From assembly GCA_016200005.1 (NCBI GenBank), contig JACQFP010000027.1, positions 1,437 through 65,436 on the forward strand: a DNA stretch of 64,000 nt. The letters are read 5' to 3'. A program made the position numbers and the translations under genes. A model generated the notes under the pieces. That model saw nothing but the letters and a program-made list of their open reading frames with translations. It searched no databases and was not told where the DNA came from. Source of the DNA: Verrucomicrobiota bacterium (GTDB lineage: Bacteria; Verrucomicrobiota; Verrucomicrobiia; Limisphaerales; PALSA-1396). Positions 59,002-64,000 of this stretch are shown piece after piece. Numbering within the stretch: position 1 is the first letter of the stretch; the number at the start of each line of letters is the position of its first letter.

Positions 59002-60711
59002 ATGATCTCGAGATCAATCATCCAATTCTCACTTGGTTGTTTTGTCATCGTCTGCGCAACCAAATCGCATGCTGCGGTAACCATTGAAGCCGACGTGTGC
59101 GTCTATGGCGGGACCGCAGGCGGCGTGGTGGCCGCCGTGCAAGCGGCGCGCATGGGCAAGACCGTCGTCGTGGCGGAATTTGGCAATCATCTGGGCGGCA
59201 TGACTTCGGGCGGGTTGGGGGCGACCGATATCGGCAACAAGGCGGCCATCGGCGGTATCGCGCGCGAGTTTTACCAGCGCGTGGCGCGCCATTACGCAAA
59301 GCCGGAAGCGTGGCCGCTCGAAAAACCGGAGGAGTATTTCGCCAAGGGTGCGGGCCGAAATAAACTTGATGACTTGAAGCAGCCGGACGCAACGATGTGG
59401 ACCTTCGAGCCGCACGTGGCCGAGAACATTCTGCTCCAGATGACCCAGGAGGCCAAAGTGCCTGTCCACTTCCAGCAACGTCTTGCCCGCGCAAAAAGGA
59501 ACGCAGGTCGCATTGTGGAAATCACGATGATGAACAGCAACGTCTTTCGCGCGAAGATGTTCATCGATGCGAGCTACGAAGGCGATTTGATGGCGAAGGC
59601 GGCGGTCACTTTCTCGGTCGGGCGCGAAGCCAATGCGCAATTCAACGAGACACTCAATGGCGTGCGGGCGGTCACGCCGAAACACCAGTTCACCGTGCCT
59701 GTCGATCCCTACGTCAGACTGGGCGATCCGACCAGCGGCTTGCTGCCGTTGATTCAGAACGGACCCGTCGGGCAAACCGGCACAAGTGATCGTTGTGTGC
59801 AGGCTTACAATTTCCGCCTTTGTTACACGAAAAATCCGCTGAACCGTCTCCCACACCCGCGACCGGAAAAATATGATGAAGGCAGATACGAACTGCTCGA
59901 CCGTTACCTCGACGCGCTTGTCGCGGCCGGTCGCACGCCCAAACTCAGCGAGTTTTGGAATCCAATCTGGATGCCCAATGGCAAGACTGACATCAACAAC
60001 AACGGCGGGTTCTCCACGGATTTCATCGGCATGAACTTCAATTATCCGGACGCCGACTACTTCACACGCGCACGGATTTGGAGGGAGCACGCGGATTACA
60101 TTCGCGGGTTTGTGTATTTCCTCGCCACCAGTCCGCGCGTGCCGGAAAACCTGGGCAAGGAAATGCAGGAATGGGGACCGGCCAAGGACGAGTTTGCAGA
60201 CACCGACCATTGGCCGCATCAACTCTACGTTCGCGAAGCGCGCCGCATGATGTCGGACTATGTCATGACGGAGCACAATTGTCGTGGTGACACCAAGGCC
60301 GAAGATTCCATAGGGCTCGCCGCGTATGGGATGGATTCGCACAACTGCCAGCGCATCGTGAAGAATGGACGCGTCGAAAATGAGGGCGACGTGGAGGTCG
60401 GCGGCTTTTCGCCCTACCCCATTGCCTACCGCTCGATCGTTCCCAAAGCCGGCGAGTGTGAAAATCTCCTCGTGCCCGTTTGCCTGTCGGCCACGCACAT
60501 CGCGTATGGATCGATCCGCATGGAGCCGGTGTTCATGGTGTTGGGTCAATCCGCTGCGACGGCAGCCTGCTTCGCCATTGACGAAAACACTTCCGTGCAG
60601 AAGGTGGATGTCAAAAAGCTGCAAACAAGACTTTTGGCCGACAAACAAATCCTCGAATGGAAAGGCAAGCCGCCAGCCAAACGAAGAAAGTGGAGTTTGA
60701 AGTTCGAGTGA
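59002..60711 (+). CDS. Secreted FAD-dependent oxidoreductase (FAD_oxidored family common in polysaccharide-degradation loci)
   Basis: Signal peptide then dinucleotide-binding motif VCVYGGTAGGVVAAVQAARMGKTVVVAE; start placed at MISRS (in frame with the track ORF). Confidence 0.75.
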   Translation: MISRSIIQFSLGCFVIVCATKSHAAVTIEADVCVYGGTAGGVVAAVQAARMGKTVVVAEFGNHLGGMTSGGLGATDIGNKAAIGGIAREFYQRVARHYAKPEAWPLEKPEEYFAKGAGRNKLDDLKQPDATMWTFEPHVAENILLQMTQEAKVPVHFQQRLARAKRNAGRIVEITMMNSNVFRAKMFIDASYEGDLMAKAAVTFSVGREANAQFNETLNGVRAVTPKHQFTVPVDPYVRLGDPTSGLLPLIQNGPVGQTGTSDRCVQAYNFRLCYTKNPLNRLPHPRPEKYDEGRYELLDRYLDALVAAGRTPKLSEFWNPIWMPNGKTDINNNGGFSTDFIGMNFNYPDADYFTRARIWREHADYIRGFVYFLATSPRVPENLGKEMQEWGPAKDEFADTDHWPHQLYVREARRMMSDYVMTEHNCRGDTKAEDSIGLAAYGMDSHNCQRIVKNGRVENEGDVEVGGFSPYPIAYRSIVPKAGECENLLVPVCLSATHIAYGSIRMEPVFMVLGQSAATAACFAIDENTSVQKVDVKKLQTRLLADKQILEWKGKPPAKRRKWSLKFE

Positions 60712-60728
60712 ACTCCCGCAATCACTTT

Positions 60729-62129
60729 ATGAATTTCTTTCGCTTGCATGTCGGACTCTTCCCTCTGTGGAGCGTTGCCTTGATACTGATATCCTTCCTC
60801 CTCTTCGCGTCGGTCGGATATTCAGCGCAGATCGTTGCCTTTCCGGGCGCGGAAGGTTTCGGACGGTTCGCCACGGGTGGACGTGGCGGAGACGTTTTCA
60901 TCGTGACGAACTTGAGCGACTCCGGTCCCGGTTCACTGCGTGAAGGATTTCGTTCCGCGACCGGACCGCGGACGATTGTGTTCGAAGTTTCGGGAACCAT
61001 CGAACTCAAGAAAAAGTTGGTGCTGGATAAGTCCTCCATCACGATTGCGGGCCAGACGGCGCCCGGCGACGGGGTCACGCTCAAGGATTACACCTTCCAG
61101 ATCAAGAACGCCACGAATGTGATCGTCCGATACTTGCGCTGCCGCCTCGGTGATCAGAACAAGGAGAAAGGCGCGAAAGGCGGCGACGACACGCTCAACA
61201 CCGACGATATCGACCGCGTGATTCTGGACCATTGCTCGCTGAGTTGGGCCATCGACGGCACTCACGATCTTCGTCGCGGTGGCAACTTTACCCTGCAATG
61301 GTGCATCCTCAGCGAGGCGCTGAACCAGAGTCTGCACAACAAGGGCGAGCACGCGATGTGCGCCTCGTATCGCGACCTGTCCGGCAACATTTCCCTCCAT
61401 CACAATTTATTTGCGACATGCCGCGACCGTCACCCGACCCTCGGCAGCGCGCAAGCACCGCCCCGCTACATCGTCGATTTCCGCAACAACGTCATCTACA
61501 ACTGGAGCGCCGGTGGCACCGCCAACTTCGCCGACCATTTCATCAACTGCGTCAACAATCTCTTCCGTCCCGGCCCGATGACTGATCCAGCAAGACTACC
61601 CATTGCCATGAAAGGCGGCCTGCCTGATCTGGCCAAAGGCCACATGAGCGGAAACGTGTTCGAGCAACGCGAAGACCTGACGCGCGACAACTACGCCGCC
61701 CTCGACTTCAAACGCTGGCTCAAGCCGCCGTCTAAATACTTGTATCGCGGCACCCTCGCCGACTGGAAGACGGACTCGGCGCCTGATCTCGGCGCCAACC
61801 TGCCGCAGACCCAATCGGCCACCGAATCCGCGGAACTTGTCTTATCGCGTGCCGGCGCCTCGTTGCACCGGGATGCGGTGGATCGACGTGTGATCGAGGA
61901 TGTTCGCAATCGCCGGGGCAAATTGATCGATTCGCAAGATCAGGTGGGCGGCTGGCCCGTGCTCCGCAGCGCGCCGGCGCCGGCAGATAAGGATCGTGAT
62001 GGAATGCCGGACGCCTGGGAGAAAGCGCACGGCTTGAACCCGAACGATCCGGCCGACCGAAATGCCGATCGGGACGGCGATGCCTACACCAACCTCGAAG
62101 AATACCTCAACAACCTCTGCACTCCGTAG
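60729..62129 (+). CDS. Pectate lyase (PL1-like) with C-terminal Asp-rich calcium-binding-type repeats
   Basis: AFPGAEGFGRFATGGRGGDVFIVTNLSDSGPGSLREG pectate-lyase signature; right-handed beta-helix-like repeats; DKDRDGMPDAWE...DRDGDAYTNLEEYLN tail. Confidence 0.75.
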   Translation: MNFFRLHVGLFPLWSVALILISFLLFASVGYSAQIVAFPGAEGFGRFATGGRGGDVFIVTNLSDSGPGSLREGFRSATGPRTIVFEVSGTIELKKKLVLDKSSITIAGQTAPGDGVTLKDYTFQIKNATNVIVRYLRCRLGDQNKEKGAKGGDDTLNTDDIDRVILDHCSLSWAIDGTHDLRRGGNFTLQWCILSEALNQSLHNKGEHAMCASYRDLSGNISLHHNLFATCRDRHPTLGSAQAPPRYIVDFRNNVIYNWSAGGTANFADHFINCVNNLFRPGPMTDPARLPIAMKGGLPDLAKGHMSGNVFEQREDLTRDNYAALDFKRWLKPPSKYLYRGTLADWKTDSAPDLGANLPQTQSATESAELVLSRAGASLHRDAVDRRVIEDVRNRRGKLIDSQDQVGGWPVLRSAPAPADKDRDGMPDAWEKAHGLNPNDPADRNADRDGDAYTNLEEYLNNLCTP

Positions 62130-62222
62130 CACACCAGCACTTCCCTCTCCGCCATCGGGGGAGAGAATCCACGAACCAAAGTAAGCGAATCGAGCCCCTG
62201 AACCCACCCCTTGCCCCTCCTC

Positions 62223-62280
62223 GCCCCGTGGAATAAACGCTTCGGGAACTCGGGAAGTCAGGATCGCTATTCCACAGGGC
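62223..62280. repeat. REP-like palindrome copy (GCCCCGTGGAATA ... TATTCCACAGGGC) flanked by CCCCTCC/GGAGGGG outer arms
   Basis: Loop nearly identical to copy at 40173; one mismatch in 3' arm. Confidence 0.65.
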
Positions 62281-62605
62281 AAGGAGGGGAGCAGTGCGCG
62301 GTGGATTGTTCCCCTCCTGGGAGGCGTCAGGGGTGGGTGCTGCGGTGGCAGGTTCATGGGTGGCCGGGGTGAGGTAGTTTTCAATTCAGGTGAGGGTGTC
62401 GCGGCCTTGAATCCGCAATTCGGAATGTTGGTTGCGGGCAATGTCACGGCCAGCCGCAATCGCTTTGCTTTGCTGGCCGAAAACGTCGTCAGACGTTTGG
62501 TGCTTTTGGTACCAAATGCTCGCGGTGTGACAGCCGACACATTTGTTCTTCTCATGACGTGCGAGAGGAGAATGATTGAAGCGATCTCTTGCCGTAGATT
62601 CGGCC

Positions 62606-63826
62606 TCAGACGCCAAGAGTGGGTAAAGATTCGATGAACGTCGTTCCCTCAGGCTTCCACGGCTTATCGAGATTCTTTCGCTGGTTGACTTCCCAAACCT
62701 TCGCCTTGAAATCTGCTGCCATCTCGCGCCGCAGGAGAACAGTCCTGAGCCGGGAAGTTGAGAGGAGTTGCCTTTGCTTCTCTTCCCAAAACTGCCCGGA
62801 AACGTGTCGCAGGAACCCGCAAATCCGCGAAAACACCGCTTCCTTTGCGAGATCAGATGCAGTCGAGATCCCCTGGGTGACCTCCCGCACGTCACCTGTC
62901 GCAAGAAACTCCTTCGCGTCGAAAGCCTCCAGAAGTTGCGGACAAACATGGGCAGTGAGCGGTCCATACTTCTGCACCAACATTTGAGACGCGGCTTCGA
63001 CAAGCAATTCCTTCATGTTTGCCATCAACCGCCACGTTTGGTAGGTGTGGTTGGTGGCGAGATAAGCGTCCTGCTCTGACGGCGGACTTGTAAAGCTTCC
63101 ACTCGCTTTCTGGATTTTCCCCGCTTTGACTCCTTCGTCGAGTCCTTCCTCACGATAACGTTGGGCGGAAGGAACGAAATGTTTGATAAACTGCCAAAGC
63201 AGAACTCCCAATAAGTACTGTGAAGCGTTGCCTTGTTGGCTTTCGAGCGTATCGCGCCTGCCGCTGTCGAAATCTCTTACTTCGGAGAACTTCCGCCAAT
63301 GCAGATCCGTTGGTCGCATCGTAAATGCGATCTCGTAAACCTCGCTTTCGGCAAAGTAATGGGTGACGCGGTCGCCCGCGAGATCTGCGAACCCGATGAA
63401 TGCGAGCCATGCCTTGGCAGCTTCTTGGTTGTCGATCACCCGTCCTCTTTTGCGGCCGGGATCAGGCTTGAACTCCATCGGTGGGAAGCCGACCACTTGC
63501 TTGAAAAACCTACTCCCTTCCGACGTAAGTGAATCCCACTCCCCCTCCTTGACCTGAAAGAACCAGCGCGGGGTCAGCGATGCGAAACCGGTCCTCAACT
63601 GCTTCTGTTCCCGATTGTTGGCTTTCAGGTTGCGCTGCGACATCGGGTTCTGATTGTTGGTCGCCTGCACGATCTGAGAAATGAACGTGGGCTCGTTTGT
63701 TTGGATTACTTTAACCTGGACGACACAGTTTTCCTCCAAATCTTCAAGGGAGACTTCCTTTGAACTGACAGCATTGTAGATGGACTTAACCGTCTGGAGA
63801 CCGTTGACGATTTGAGCCCCAGTCAA
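62606..63826 (-). CDS. AIPR-like (abortive infection phage resistance) protein, possibly N-terminally truncated; TTG start in track
   Basis: N-terminal QIVNGLQT motif as I recall it from AIPR-family (PF10592) proteins; lower GC (~52%); open frame continues upstream through a GC-rich palindromic region to the window edge. Confidence 0.4.
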   Translation of the reverse strand: MTGAQIVNGLQTVKSIYNAVSSKEVSLEDLEENCVVQVKVIQTNEPTFISQIVQATNNQNPMSQRNLKANNREQKQLRTGFASLTPRWFFQVKEGEWDSLTSEGSRFFKQVVGFPPMEFKPDPGRKRGRVIDNQEAAKAWLAFIGFADLAGDRVTHYFAESEVYEIAFTMRPTDLHWRKFSEVRDFDSGRRDTLESQQGNASQYLLGVLLWQFIKHFVPSAQRYREEGLDEGVKAGKIQKASGSFTSPPSEQDAYLATNHTYQTWRLMANMKELLVEAASQMLVQKYGPLTAHVCPQLLEAFDAKEFLATGDVREVTQGISTASDLAKEAVFSRICGFLRHVSGQFWEEKQRQLLSTSRLRTVLLRREMAADFKAKVWEVNQRKNLDKPWKPEGTTFIESLPTLGV

Positions 63827-63894
63827 TCGTATACGGCCATCCTTGTCTCGCAGCGTGTAATGTCGGTGTAAAAGTCTTTCTGTAAATTGTCTTT

Positions 63895-63990
63895 CTTCTC
63901 TCCGCCTCCACCCCTCCGGGGTGAGGCGGAGCGAAGGCGAGCGTAGCGAGCCGAGCGCAGCCGAACCCCGGAGGGGTGGAGGCGCCCCCC
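63895..63990. repeat. GC-rich palindromic element (CCTCCACCCCTCCGGGG ... CCCCGGAGGGGTGGAGG flanking a GCGA/GCCGA-rich spacer)
   Basis: Read directly at the window edge. Confidence 0.55.
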
Positions 63991-64000
63991 GCGCGAAAAA

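Noticed and set aside
59029-60648. 539-aa minus-strand ORF
   Set aside because: Antisense shadow of the FAD-dependent oxidoreductase gene, which has a clear signal peptide and FAD-binding motif on the plus strand.
1-64000. CRISPR arrays, rRNA and tRNA genes
   Set aside because: No regularly spaced direct repeats with unique spacers, no rRNA-like conserved stretches and no convincing tRNA cloverleaf were seen. A proper tRNAscan/Infernal run would be decisive.

Overview
This 64-kb window reads as a high-GC (~58-60%) chromosomal segment, most likely from a Verrucomicrobia/Planctomycetes-like bacterium. The phylum call rests on the DUF1501, PSCyt1 cytochrome, Tat-signal TIM-barrel isomerase, secreted FAD-oxidoreductase and pectate-lyase families, together with a full BatA-E/MoxR aerotolerance operon. 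Coding density is high and most genes are housekeeping: sppA, upp, an M24 peptidase, a sigma-70 factor, apt, ogg, comB, gatCA, glgC, glmS, purM, mtnP, and an FKBP. There is also an hprK-ptsH-lptB-LptC/LptA-like cluster and a flotillin/NfeD pair. I found no rRNA, tRNA or CRISPR array by eye. The non-routine content is as follows. (1) An mcsA-mcsB-clpC arginine-kinase/ClpC module sits in this Gram-negative-type genome. (2) Two VapBC-like toxin-antitoxin cassettes are each bracketed by 25-36-bp imperfect direct repeats that duplicate the 5' end of a gene; one repeat pair is a purD start, and purD survives only as a remnant. Each cassette sits next to a lower-GC hypothetical gene. (3) A family of REP-like palindromes (GTGG head, 13-bp stem) occurs as a tandem pair, as a single copy, and once in-frame inside the batB/batC coding region. 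Two truncated RAYT-like transposase fragments lie elsewhere in the window. (4) A tandem duplicated gene pair shows the identical apparent frameshift in both copies, with the RAYT fragments between them. (5) Heptanucleotide tandem repeats recur: (TTTTTCA)n inside the batD signal-peptide coding region (a phase-variation candidate), (AATCCGA)4 forming a 32-bp-arm hairpin over the batB start, and (AAAGTTC)4 in an AT-rich intergenic region. (6) A PSCyt1 cytochrome c is fused to a His-rich Cu-monooxygenase-like region and an EF-hand, with a thioredoxin-fold partner upstream. (7) An AIPR-like abortive-infection protein lies in lower-GC DNA at the window edge next to GC-rich palindromes. Function calls come from recognisable motifs in the supplied translations. 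Repeat coordinates were read by eye and may be off by a few nucleotides.
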